A DNA stretch of 64,000 nucleotides from Lytechinus pictus. Taxonomy: Eukaryota. Positions 12,501-26,907 of this stretch are shown in pieces. The stretch spans positions 43,650,001 through 43,714,000 of the forward strand of contig NC_087251.1 in NCBI RefSeq assembly GCF_037042905.1. The letters are read 5' to 3'. Numbering within the stretch: the stretch's first letter is position 1; every line of letters begins with the position of its first letter. The translations under genes were made by a program, and so were the position numbers. The notes below the pieces were generated by a model. That model saw only the letters and a list, made by a program, of their open reading frames with translations. It made no database searches and had not been told where the DNA came from.

Positions 12501-15500
12501 AACACGCCCTCGATAGACTTGAAATATAGGCCTCTTATAATATGTTGTGATCTCTAAGTCTTAGATTTAGTATGAGACTGGTTTGTATTGTCTGTGAAAG
12601 GTTAAAGGGGAATCCAGCCTTGGCCATTAAATGTTGTGTTGGGAAGGAGAAAAATAAATTAAACAGAATGGTGAAAGTTTGAAAGAAATCGGACAAGCAA
12701 TAAGAAAGTTATAGCTGCTTTAAAATTGAGATCATAGTATGTAGATTTCAAATTGGCAACTGGGTAAGTAAATTATGACAAGGGGCAAGGACAACTTTCC
12801 CATAGGCCATGTACTTTATTATCAGGGATTTGTGGTTTTCTCCTAAGTACCCATTCCCCTGGGGCAGTAATCTAAATATAACCCAGGTAGTATATTGTCT
12901 TATGTCCTCATGAAAGAAAAATATAATTTGAAATAAAACTTTTGGGGAAAATGACATTTTAGCCATAATATGTATTGGAGTACATGGAAGAGTAGTCCTT
13001 GCCTTACATCACTATGACATCCCATATGCGGCCAATTTGAAGTCTCCATGGGTATAGTGATTACCAATATTTACAACTTTTAAAAATTCATAACTTTCTT
13101 GTTGTTTGTCCAATATTGATCAAACTTTCACCGATCAACTTGTCTGATTTTTCTTTTCCTTATGAAAATAAGATTTTATTTGGGTTGGATTCCCCTTTAA
13201 GAGCTTTGGGATTTTTTTCCGTCACTGACACAAACCCACATCTTCATGATCTTGAGATCTTGAGCACATTCTAAATTCCCAACTCGTGATATTTTTATGC
13301 TCTCCATATACCTTAACCTACATGTACAATCAGCAGGTAGCCTATGGCATTTACCCCCAAATTCGAAACAATAACTTAAAAATAGATCAATTTAGCTTTC
13401 GATCTCGCAGATTTCCGACAATGACTGCATCCCCTATAAAGTTGCATTCGATCACTGCCATGCGGACTGTCACAATTTGCCTGCGCCGATAATGAAGAAA
13501 TGCGAGTATCATTTTCTTTATTAGCATGAGAGTCACCATGAGGTAAATGTCATGCATCTTGGGTTACCTGTTCAAATTGCCAGAGTTAGACAGCTTGCCA
13601 GAGCCGTTCACATCAAATCAATGCGGTCTACAAACACCTGCTACTTCACCGGTCTATGATCCCGACCGATGGTATGTCATTGGAAATAATGTTAACAACT
13701 TTTACCCCTTTCATAAACCCATCCTCCAATTAGCCGCCTAAGAGTAATGCGGATAATTCAATAAAAATTGCGTTCACAAACTCCGAAAATAATCTGCACT
13801 ATTTTTACAAGCGCCCGTCCTGAAAAAGGCTAAAAATCGTCATGACAACTGCACATGCCCCCTCGGTTGCGGTTGTATTGGAAAAGGGTGACCTTTTGAC
13901 CGCACCATGGCAATTATCCGCATTATTTGGAAATGCGTTCATAAAGTCAAAATCTGGTCCCGATGCCGCTATTATGCGGATAGTTGCAGCATCAAAATAA
14001 TGCGGATAACTCTGGTCCTCCTCCGATTTTACGACCAAATTATGCTGCTATTAGCCGCATAATTGGGTTTATGAAAGGGGTATTTGATAGGTCTGTGTGA
14101 CTGCAGTATTATTTTAGACAAGTTGGTAAGAACTACTTTTAGAATTCATATAACGCAAAAAAAAAATCATTGCTACTCTTAAGTACAGTATATATTCGAA
14201 ATGAAGTAAATTTACTCCATATCTAGAATAATTGACATGAGAAATTTCCAAATATCTGCAATTAATTTCCTCGCAATAATTCTACTTGCAGAAATAAAAA
14301 ATGTATTAGATAGTGCATGCATGTATTCATGTTGATGTTATTCCAAACAGATGTATATTCCATATCTGCAAATTCAAAGCATACTTTCATTTGCAGAAAT
14401 CATTGCTGTGCGCTATAGTTACTGGTATGGATTTATGAATTAAAAAGTGTACCTCAGCAAGAAATCATCATACAGCAACAGACAACCTCTATTTATGGAT
14501 TTGACAAATCTAAGTTGAGAGTATCATTATACAGTATGTATAATGACCTGAAAATTTTACCAAAGGAATGGCACATAATTTTGTTTTTGTTTCGATTTGG
14601 CATCCTCTTTTTTATCTGCATTGCATTAGAATATAATAAAAACAAACCACCAAATCTACTTCATCCATATGGCATTCACTACAATGGGAATCAACTATTA
14701 CTGCAGTATAGCCTGGGATATATATATATATATGCAATGTTCAGGCTCACAAGCTTGTATATGGATGCAAGATCGATTATTGAGTCAGCATGATCTATTG
14801 TAAACGCAAATTATCTCCTGGATATCCTCTCTTTTAGAGCTGTAACCTCTATTGTCATGATGCTACCATTAATCACTGAATATTATCCTTGGTTGGCAGT
14901 ACATACATAATGATAATATATATTCTGTTTTTATATTTACAGATATATATGAAGAGTTTGGTTGCAAAAGGGGTTAGGTCCACTTTAATTTGGATTGAAG
15001 TAAAGAAGAAGAAAAAAGAAACTTTCCACTACGATTTGTTTAAAAAATAAAAATAAACCATCATCTTCCACATTTCCACACAAGGTATTTATCATCACCA
15101 TGCATAACCTTCCCCTGAAAGGTTCATGTAGGGTGAAATAAGGTGGTGTTGAATTTCAAATTACAGAGGGAAATTTCAATCCTATCATGCCTATAGTTCT
15201 ACCTGATTGTCTATATCATAGACGATTGATTTCAAATGCTCTTGAATTTAGTTCCAGCTGAGGGTTTGAAAGAGTGAGGCAAATGATAAGGAGGCATTTA
15301 AGAAAAGGACACCAGAGAAGAGAAGGAAAGAGGAGATAAAGGAGGATAGAGAAACAGAATAAGAGAATACAAAAGAAAGAGTGGTAGAAAGAGGGGTGAT
15401 TATTATTGTAATTCAAGTACCTGCACTTTAAACCATTGACTGTATAGCATAGATGGTAGACAGTTTTGATGACAATGATAAATATAGATTCCAATGTATT

Positions 15501-18500
15501 GTCATTGTACTGCTAAGCAACAACAGTTAAAAAACCCCATAAAAAACAAATATCTTGAGTGTGGAGGAGCTGGCACCAGTGCCCTTCATGGGTGTAGCAA
15601 TTATTGACAGGGGAGTGTTACATTTCTCTTCTCATTCACTCCGTGCTGGAAGTATTCACTTCACACCGTATCACATGCCTTCATGTGTTAGGACAACAAG
15701 TACCTATATCAGACTTTGTAACTCTACTTTCATCCAAAGCTATCCTTTACATCCTTAACTTTTTATTCCTCAATTTTTGCTATGCTATCTTGTTGATTTG
15801 TTGCGATCATTTTACACCAATATGATTTCCATGTACCGAAACTTCTTTTTCAATCCATACTGCCTTCAACAGCAACATCCCCCATTCCTTCTTCCTCTCT
15901 CTCCCTTCTCTCTTTCTTTCTATCTCCCTCTCTCCCCCTCTGTCTGTCTTTCTCTGTGTCTGTCTGTCTCTCTCACCCTCTCTCTACCTTATCTCTCCTT
16001 CCCACTTCAGCCATTTCCCTAATGTTGTCATGGTCTCCTATCCACTCTCCTAATGTGATTACATTTGATCAAACACACGTTGCAGGTGCCACCTGCCTGT
16101 GTTACCATCCAGACCCATTCAAAGTCTGTCTTCCCCACACCCCCAAAAATAGATCAGATAATGGATGCTGCCCACCACGCCATCCTCATGGTCAGATGCT
16201 TTCAAACCGACTCGATCACCGAAATACCTGTCAAATCATGAGAACATCAAAACAATCATTTTCCACTTCTATACCCACCAGAACCACTGTGAGACCATTT
16301 AACCCTAAAAGGCCAGGGGACGGAATCTGCCCCCCCCCCCCTCTACATTTTTTCACGATAAATCCACCGCACGAAATTTTTCAACCGCGCCACTCGCTGA
16401 ATCTTTACTTTCAAATCTCGCACAACTTGACATTCAGCCTCCCATTTTCTCGTGACATAAATAAAATTATCCTGAGTGCAGGTTTATTTCACCGAGACCA
16501 AATTTGGGATGCCTGGGTACGCGGTTCCCAAATTCCGCAACATTATGTAAGTGCATATCAGACCCAAAACTGCTCAAAAACGTAAATTCATGTATAAATC
16601 CAATGCAAATTGTGTATTTAGCCAAAATTTATGCATGTTTTAGGGTTACAGGTAAGTTCTCTAAGCTCACAAGCGATTTGACACGGTAAGCTCAGCAAGC
16701 CAGCAACTCAACCCACATCCAGTGTATGGGATGGAAAAGTTCTTGCTATTTGCTTTCACACTGCAAGAACACTCACGATGTTGGAAAAATCCATACGAAG
16801 GTTTTCTAATTTTTTACAAGTGCCTACGGTTTAGTATTTTCTTTCAGGAATTTTTAAGATTTGCTTTCACACAGCGGCAAAATTACCTGGTATTTGATAG
16901 TGATCAATCAGGGCTAATTTCCTGACCTAAGATTACCTGGGAGCCATTTCATAAAGCTGTTGATAAGTTATGAATGACTGACTGTACACACGACTGGAGA
17001 TCCCTTAGTATTAGCCTTTTGACAAGGCCTCATGACTTGGCTGTGTTCCTTGTAAAGTAGTGGCTGAGACGAGACTAGGGTCCACGAAGGGAGTTGGCGA
17101 GACCCCCAGTGAGCGCGAATTTAGTCACGAGGCCTTTTAGAACCTGGTGAAGACGTGAATATATGAATTATTCATGAGCATGCCAATGTGGCAAATGAGC
17201 CAATCCGCACTGCACCATGTCGATGACGTCATGTGACCGGGTCCTTTCGCTTCTGCGGCACGGGGTCATACAGGGCTCTCAGGTAGCGAGTCGGAAACAA
17301 TAGTTAACATAAAAATCTGAGTAAGGTTCCTATAAAGGCCCTGTGACTGGGCTCGCATCCATCTGGCTTTTTGCGACTAATCTTTGTTTTCAGTGTTTGA
17401 TATAAATATCATAACAGGCACATAGCCTTGTATAAAGGCTACCTTAGTATGGGAGGTTATATCCCCCACATTTTCATTTGCGTTGATTTGGCTTTCGAAG
17501 AGTGGGTCACCAATGATTCATAACTTCCAAACGGCTTTATGAAACACCCACCGGGTATTCTTGAACTTCAAGTCGGTCTGAAAGCACCTTTGGAGAACAC
17601 TATAAGACAGAGGTGCATTCCAATCATCTATCTACTCTCTGCTCCATCTCAATCCACCAAATGGTTTCCTTGCTGCTTTATGAAGAGATTGATACTGGCA
17701 CCTCTCCTCCATGTATATCCTATATATCCCAAGCTCTCCAATCCAAGGGAGCATTTTCATGAAACAAATAGTTAGCAATTTTCACAATTTTCTGAAATGC
17801 CCATGGCCGGGATACTCCCCAGGCAGTGAAGATGGTGTACTTTATGTGTCTAACAGTGAAGGATCCTATGACCGGGATAATAGTTGCATTGTAAAGCGCT
17901 TAGGAACGAAGTATGAAATGCTATAACACGATAGGACTGATAGGACATGATAGGCTCTGGTTTCCTTCAAGTGCGAAGTTACGAGCTTCAGAAACACATC
18001 CAAACTTTGAACATGATTATTTTAGAAAAAAATCTTCAAGTACACAGGTACAGGCAGGAAGTAATTCCTCAAAAAGCCGTGCTCAACGGAATCGGTAGAC
18101 TAGCTCAGCCAGGGTAATATAGGAGCGCCTTGAGCACGTAACATGGTGGATACATGCCCTGTACAAATCCTGTATTATTTTTATATTTAAGTTTAGATTT
18201 AAAAATCTCTTCAAAGCCTTCCATATAGATTCAGTGGCATTTTAACAGCGCTACCCATGTATCTAATTTTTAGATATACCATTTATCCACATTCGAAGAT
18301 TTGTTGTTAGGAGTTTATGATGTTACTCTGTATTTTCATGTTTAATGATATCTGTTTAACAGACTGCAGGGCGCCTTTGTAAAGCAGGCCAACCCTGCAG
18401 TACAAAATCAATAAAACAAAATAACAAACTAACTAATAAACAAATAAAATAAATAAATAAACAAATTAACTAATTAAGAAATAAATAAACAAATAAATAA

Positions 18501-18509
18501 ATAAATAAC

Positions 18510-18588
<79 letters not shown>

Positions 18589-18593
18589 ATGAA

Positions 18594-18624
<31 letters not shown>

Positions 18625-18657
18625 ATAGATAAATAAATAAACAAACAAACAAACAAA

Positions 18658-18700
<43 letters not shown>

Positions 18701-18705
18701 ACAAA

Positions 18706-18744
<39 letters not shown>

Positions 18745-21700
18745 ATGAATAAATAAATAAATAAATAAATAAATGAATAAATAAATAAATAAATAAATGA
18801 ATGAATAAAAATAAATAAATATGACTTAATACCTGTGCTATCTCAGGTGTGCTTGCAACCATGTGCATGTAGTTAATGTTGACAAAGTCCAAGCCGCTGC
18901 AGATGGTAATGGTGCGATCTTCAATGTTCCCCCTCCCAAACGGGTCAAGGATGGAACCAACTTTAGCCAAGTATCCCACATCCTGTTAAGAGACAAAGAA
19001 GAAGAATAAAAAGAAAATTGTTAACGTGTTTATTACATTCAAGAATCAGAATTCAATATCGTCCTAACAACAAACGAGCCTGACCAGTTACATACAAGAA
19101 TCACAATTGAATATAAGTTTGTTTACATCAATGGAAATATGCCCATCTCATGTTCCTCATGGGAAAAAAATTCCTTGAATAACATGGAGAAAAGCAGCTG
19201 GTGATTGTGAGGTTGAGTTAAGATGAATTTGATGAACAATATTTATCAATTCAAGGTGTATGATGATAACAAAAACCAGTTAAAAACCTCATTATAATTA
19301 TGTCTATAACCATGGACCGACTACTCTGTCAGAGTAGTAGGTCCATTATAACATAAGTCATGGCTCACATAGCATCAGAGTTAGATCGACTTTGTGTGTT
19401 GACAACAACCAAGTGAAACAAATGAATTCTTTAATTTCATCAAGAAGACTTATGATGATTTGAAATTATAATTGTAATGTAATTTGCCTTCAGCTGAAGG
19501 GTGTTTAATTATCTATCATCAAAGATGGGGGGTCACTCATCCATTTTCACTGGACATGAACTTGTCATCTGATTGTACTCCTACTGACAATATGAACGAA
19601 ACCAATCGGCCAATGCTTACAACAGAGGCTGATAGATTCAGTGACATTTTCCTCAAGCCTGGTTAGGCATCAATAATTCACAATGCCAGGTTTTTAATAT
19701 GTTTGCCTCCGTGAAAAGACATACAAGCAGTCCGTTGGCACTTCGGGGGTGGAGAGGGGCGGGAATCTGCTCCCCTGTGACCCGGTGGGGGGTTAGCGAG
19801 AGCAATAAGATACACCCCTCACATTGCACATACAGTTAGAGGGATCGTGGGTGGAAAAATAAAAAGTGCATTTCTCCTACGGAATTGAGGGATATCGTCA
19901 TGTGAGTGTAAGAAAATGCTTGACGCTGGTATTGGATGGGCACACTTGACAAGAAAAGATCATCAACAAACGCCTATTTATCCCACTGGGATAGTAGTGC
20001 AATATTACCGACAACTTAGCTATCACGACCATTTACTATTATTGTGATACATACACACTCCGATTTGATACATTTGTGAGCAGGGGCATAGACGAGACTG
20101 GCCTCGAGGCCACATTTTGCCAGCCTTGGCCTCGGCCTCTGCCAAAATCACACATACAAAGTCAATGGCATTGGGAGAAAGTTTTCTAAAGTGGCCATGT
20201 GACTCAAAACTGCCAGCCCCAACTAAAATCCTGCTAATGAGCCCTGCAGACAATGGCTGTAATAGGTGCATTGAACCTTATCTAACACAGATGTGAACGT
20301 AGTCAAAATAGCTAAAAGCCTCAACAAATTACCTCTTATGAGTCATTGCATATTGTACAACGCCTACTTAGCTTGTTGTACGTGAGCAAATGAAAGGCTG
20401 AATGTCAAACATTCATACCGTTGCACACGATGTACCATCCAAAATGTACCGTCCATAATGTACCGTTGCATGCGTCGCGACGGGTCAAGAAAAAGGTGAC
20501 GTCACTATAAAAATAAAGATTCAACGCATTGCACACGCTCAGTAATTGCAGATGCGCAGAGTTTACTGGCTAACTGCGCATTGTCATTGCAGATCAGATG
20601 CGTGTTTGAGGGTCTTTACTTTCGCTTTCAAAAATTTCTCTTATTTTCATAGATAAACAGAGGAAAAACTTGATTATTGTTCATATTTTTGCTAACTTAC
20701 AAGGCGTTGTGCAACACAAATAGCAAATATTCTTATTTGTGTAATGGTGCGAGATTTCGCATTCGGTGAAAGAAATCAACACTCTATTCAACTCGTTGAA
20801 TAGAGCATCTTTCTTTCACCTCATGCGAAATCTCTCACCATCGCACTCATGCCTATTCGCTATTTGTATACCATTCATTTGAACCAGGGGAGCAGCTCAT
20901 GAACATTTTGGTCAGTGATTTTCACCAACTGATGTTATAAGCTACTGGGAATCCTTGCATTTGATTGGCTGAGAGTAAATCAGTCATGGAGTCAATGACA
21001 AAACTCTTCATGAAATGCTCCTCATGACTTGTGGTGGAGTAGACACCAACAGATCACAGTTAGTAGACTACAGGACAAGTTAACAAAAACCCTTTTTCTA
21101 CATGCAGAATGCCTCAACTTGGCAAAATACTGCCAAGAGACTGGTCTTGAAGGTATCTCTTGTAACATAATGCACATTGGCAAACAAAACACCTTTCCAT
21201 TGAGAAGATAAGATGGATTCATCAAAGTGCCTTTAAAATGCAACAAAACATTAGAAACAACTAAAAATTAGTTCATTTAAGGGTTAGTGTTGACATGTAC
21301 TGTATACAATGCTCATCAAAGAGGACAGTACTTGTCACTATTCTGCTAAAGCAAACAGAAAAAAGATCCCCCTTAATAAAAAGAGAAAAAAATTAAGATC
21401 CCTCTAAAAAAAAAATATTAAAAAATCTGCATAAATTTTTACTGCCCATTCAAATGCTCAAACTCTTAAAGCTCTACCTGATATATAAAAAAAATATGAA
21501 TTTAACTGAAGGAATAATCAGGTAACAGTCTCAAACCTATGCGTTACAAAGACATCCTCTTCTTTTTAAAGAAATTATTGTGAAATATCAGTTTTTTGTA
21601 AGCCAGTGAAAATCCAATTGAATACTATATTAATTACAGAACGAATTATAACAGGCAAAAATGTTGTGCTTCAAAATTTGGAATTACATCAAGAAAATTT

Positions 21701-24700
21701 TTTGAGAATATACCAGTATTGTAATTGAAAAACCACGAGCGGGTGTGATTTTATTGGTGGGTTTTGTGGTGGTTGATTGAAATTCAGAACGACATTCATA
21801 TCAGCTGCGTACCGGTAGAATTGATGATTGAGGTCATGCTTTTTTTTTTCCATCTCAGTCGAGAAAAAAATATTGTACTTGATATCAAAAATAAAAGTAA
21901 GCCATAAAAATATTAAATTGAAAACATAATCGAAAGGGTGCCACGAAAAAATGATTTAAACCCACCCTCTCTCTCTCACTCACAGACACACACACAGATG
22001 CGAGGGTGTGGTAAGCCACAGTTTAAAAAAAACAATGAATAATAAACACCACTCAATGTGGGTTAGGTTAACAGAGTATAGCTTAGGGGAGATTATATGA
22101 AGCAACAATTCCACCCACATATTAGAAACATTGTCAGATAACAAGGTTTAAGAAAGAAGCTGTATCGGTGCTTCAGCAGTATATTTTTTTAACAGCATAT
22201 GATGCAATTCAAATGGGTCTGCTAAATGTCAGGTTTGTATTTGAATAGCCTATCTCTATACCACTCAGGATTTAGTATATTTTCTCGAGCCCACACAATG
22301 AATCAATTATACAGTATTTCAGAACCACACACATACATGTAGGCGAATACATGAACTCGCCGTCTCCATTCTATGACATTTTAAAGTATTTCAGTCGACT
22401 CCTATGATCAAAAGATGGGAAAATACAAGCATTCTTTTCCGCCACAAATTTTGTCTGTTTTTAGAAAGCCATATCTATAGGCTGAAAAAGAAATGTAGCA
22501 TGAAACCAACAGAACGACTGACATAAGAACCGAGAGAGGATCTAAAGAGGTGCATTCATCTATAGAGATTGGATAAAATTGTGTGAAATTGGGTGGATAA
22601 TTATACAGGAAAGAGAAGGGCAAGAAGGGAGGGGTGCTGTAAGCATGCAGTAGGTCTATGCTGCAAGAGAAGCTCAGGCAAAAATGGAAGTGTCCTTGTG
22701 TTTTATTCCTCTTTAAGTGCGGATCCGTAATGTCAGCATCCACCTTTACAGATAATTTTCTGTTTCCATGTTTCTGATCAATGTAAGCACTTGGAACAAT
22801 TCTTTAAAACATGCCGAACCCTCCATTCATTCAAATGATATTACAAATTACATCTTTTAGGTTTGTATTCTTAATTTGCTTGTATAATTACACTATTTTG
22901 AATGTACAAGGTAATATTTTGTTTTCATTTATGTTATCTGTTTTCAGAATATTCATCATTTTTGCCTTAGATGTTGGGTCAACGTTCAATATGGCTATTT
23001 GCTCTTTTCTGTTGGCCACTCATTCTCATAAGTATCTTTTTGTATGTTGTGACATGTTTTACTTTTACTTATGTGTGTTTTCCATGCATTTTTACTGAGA
23101 ATGTAAATATATTGAATTGAAATGAATGTTTTATAAGTATAGTTCTACTCGGTTCCTGATTCTTCATCCTCCCTTTGGAATGAAATTTACAAATACTCCA
23201 CTCTTTTTTTCTATGTATATGTTTATTATCATTATTTTCAATATCTTTTTTTTATTTTTATTAATGAGCTTTAAATACAACTGTCGGTTGGTGAAAATTC
23301 ATAATTCAGTTTTCATGAAGTGATGGATTGCAGAAACTTTTCTGTGCAAAAGGCATGGGACATTACATAATTTATTATCGTATACACAAAGCCATGTAGC
23401 TCAGTTTTAGAGATTTTAACTATAGAAATGATGGATATCAGCACAGAAAGAATAGTGAGTAAAGAATAGAAAATCCTCTTTTTTTCCTTATTTTGTTCGC
23501 GGTTGTAACATATCATCACACTCTAGCATTATCATGGACTCAGACTTTGTGAAGTTGATGTCCAAAAATGCAAAGAAAGTTCAAAATAAAAAGAAATACA
23601 TTTTTTTCCCTATCAATTGTAACTTTGGGAAATCAGGGCTAAATTAAGCAGATGTTAATCTCTCAACAGCATTTTTTCAAGTTGTTGCAGGTCAATAATA
23701 GCCTGCTAGATATCTGTAAAGTCATCAAATGTTCCATTACACTGTACAATATGATCAGTTCATTATTTCAAGATAAAATCACTGGATCCCCGTGTGAATT
23801 TCCAATCACACGCAATCCATCAAATGTGATAAATATTGCATAAGCTCCCTCATCCATATCAAAATCCTAATCACAACTGCACTACTAGTATACTGCAGGC
23901 AGCACAGTGGTGTGAAGAACTACCAATAAAGTGAAATGTAGCATAACATTGAACGCATGCCTCAATCCAGAGTGTAGATGAGAAGAGTAAAGGAAGCCTT
24001 TAAAAAGGACAATTTATGTGTTACCTCCTGCGACCGACCGGGCTGTCTTTTTATCAGAATGTGACGAGAGCCAATGCACAACCACCACTGCAGAGCGTTT
24101 CAAATCGAAACCCTGCGATTGGGAAGCGATATACTGGTGAGAAGATGAATGACGTCAATATGTCAAATGGGCAAGACTTGATTTAATCATTGCAAGGATA
24201 GATGTTATGTATCTTGTTTTTTGTTGTTGCATGAGCACTCTAAGGTCCCTGGGCAGTAGAGGTCCCTTGCCTTCTACACAACATGCTCTGCAAAATCAAG
24301 ATTTGGGATGGAATCTTTTGATGGATGGCTGAATACATCATCATGCACAGAAGCTGTGTATATCTGGTCTGCTTTGATTCAAACCTATTCTTTATAATAT
24401 ACTTCATGTAAGTCCATTAATGATGATGATGATGACAATGATGATGATGATGACGATGATGATGATGATAATGATGATGATGAAGAAGAGCATTTGTATA
24501 GCACCATTTATCTGTAAAAAAAATATTCAAGGGCACCGGCTCCCACCTACGTCACACATTATTACTATTCTCTGTGAAATATTATTCCTTTATCGAGTGA
24601 TGAAAAAATACTTACAATGATCTGAATAAAATCAAGTTAACTTTGTTTTAAGGAGTTTACTCACAAATGGGAACCTAAAGGATTGTCAATTTGGAAGAAT

Positions 24701-26586
24701 TTATGTGGAGGTGATAAAACATGACCCAATGGGGAAAATCAAACCTGCAAAACAAAATAAAATGTTAAGGACTTTTGTCCTTACAGTACGTCCCAATCAT
24801 TTTGCTGTATATACAGCAGTGCCTAGTGAGGCCGGCCTGGTGTGACGTCAACCTGATCTGAATTTGATCAGCAGGGCATGATAATGACAGAACGCATCAC
24901 CATACAGCTCAAACAGGCCCTGTTTATGTGCACTGTGTATGTCTGTGTGTTTAAAGAACGCGATCGTCTATGCATGGGACTGTACGTCTGAGCAACAAGG
25001 ACTGCATGTGTGTGTGTGTGTGTTCATGTGTGGGTTTGGTGAGTGCGTGGGGGAGCAGTATTTGCTCGAAGAAGGTGTTGGGCACGAGGATGAGAAGCTT
25101 GTGTGTGGATTCTAAAATAAGATCTCACAGCAAAGCTGTATGTATAAAGCACTTCGACAGAGGAAGCTTCTGAACAAACCTCATCAAGTAAATCATATTA
25201 GCGGACGTACTGCTGATGATAATTCTATTTTCACATTTACAATTACTACTTTCAAGCAATACAAAAATACCGGTACATAAACTACGTTAACTGCATTTAA
25301 GTTGGTCAAAGAATTCAATTTGTCCAACTAGATAAATAATATATGATATATAATTAGACACTGATAACACACAAAAAAACCTCCTGTAGTTGCTGATTCC
25401 ATGCTCAAATATTATTCAAGCTCTGCATGGTTGGTGGGGGGGGGGTGGAATAGTGAAATAAATTATTTAAAAAATAGTCATTTTTTCCCCAACACTTCAA
25501 CAATATGCTAAATTAACTTTGTGGGCAGGCCTTTCACCACATACCTTACTGGTTGAGAGATTTTCAACAAAGATATCAAGGCTTCATCATGACATTTAGA
25601 ACTGTGAACATGGCTTTTTGGCTGTGTGCACTTTTCACATGTGTAATTGCATGGGGGTGGGTGTGACAGATTAAGTGCTGTTCCTACAGATGGCTATCTC
25701 CATAATGTCTGCCATACTTGAGCCCTGCCTTTTAGAAACGAAAATGGGTCAATTCCACCAATGGCTTTTCAACAACCATGTGTAAATAAACATCCCATCG
25801 ACAGCTCCCCATTCTCCAGTGTGGGTTTTTGTTTACTGCACGTCTAAACTGTGAGGGTCTTTTGTCTTTGTTAATCAGAATTTGAGCCTTTCTCGGTCTA
25901 TGACTTGAAAACTTGCCAACAGTTAATCAGGCTCTTGGATTTACCGAAGATTAATGCAATTTACAAATTCAGATATGCTAGACCAAATATGTTGCAAGAT
26001 TGAGACAGGGTAAGCCGAAAAGATTAAGTGTTTGACTTCATGCTAGAAACAAAACATTTGTCCTTGGTTCAAGATGATGTGGGGGTGGACATTGACAAGG
26101 CAGCATGGACATAAAAACTAATAAAGACAAGAAAGATGGTAAAAGAGAGAGAGACAGACAGAGAGAAGAGGGGTGAACAGTGAGGTGGAGAGTAAAAAAT
26201 AGAAAAAGGTGGCAATCAACAGACAGAGAGGGGACAACTAAGAGCGAGGGAGAGACATACAGACAGAGACAGAGACAAAGAGACATCATGATAACAGATA
26301 AACCAACAAAAAATTAAAATAAGCAGAATACAGGGAAGGGGTCACGGTTAACTTGTCTCCAATTCTTAATTTCTTTCCTAAACGGTAAAAATATTTGTAT
26401 CGAGAATGCTAAAATGTGTTCATATCTTCCAAAGATTGTATTCCTGAAGCAGAAGCAACAGACGTTGACACAGAAAAAACTAGTAATAATAGTATACAGT
26501 AGTTCTGTGGTAGTACTTCAGTAGTAGTAACAGTAGTAGTAGTAGCAGTAGTAGCAGTAGCAGCAGCAGCAGGAGTAGTGGTAGTG

Positions 26587-26620
<34 letters not shown>

Positions 26621-26819
26621 CAGTAGTAGTAGTAGTAGTAGTGGTAGTGGTGGTAGTAGTAGCAGTAGCAGCAGTAGAACTAGTAGTAGTAGCAGCAGGA
26701 GTAGTAGTAGTAGTAGTAGTAGCAGGAGTAGTAGTAGTAGCAGTAGTAGTAGTAGTAGTAGTAGCAGTATTAGCAGTAGTAGCAGTAGTAGCAGTAGTAG
26801 CAGTAGTAGCAGTAGTAGC

Positions 26820-26867
<48 letters not shown>

Positions 26868-26868
26868 T

Positions 26869-26907
<39 letters not shown>

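Noticed and set aside
15956..16585. 209-aa plus-strand ORF
   Set aside because: Spans a CT microsatellite and a transposon end; no recognisable domain.
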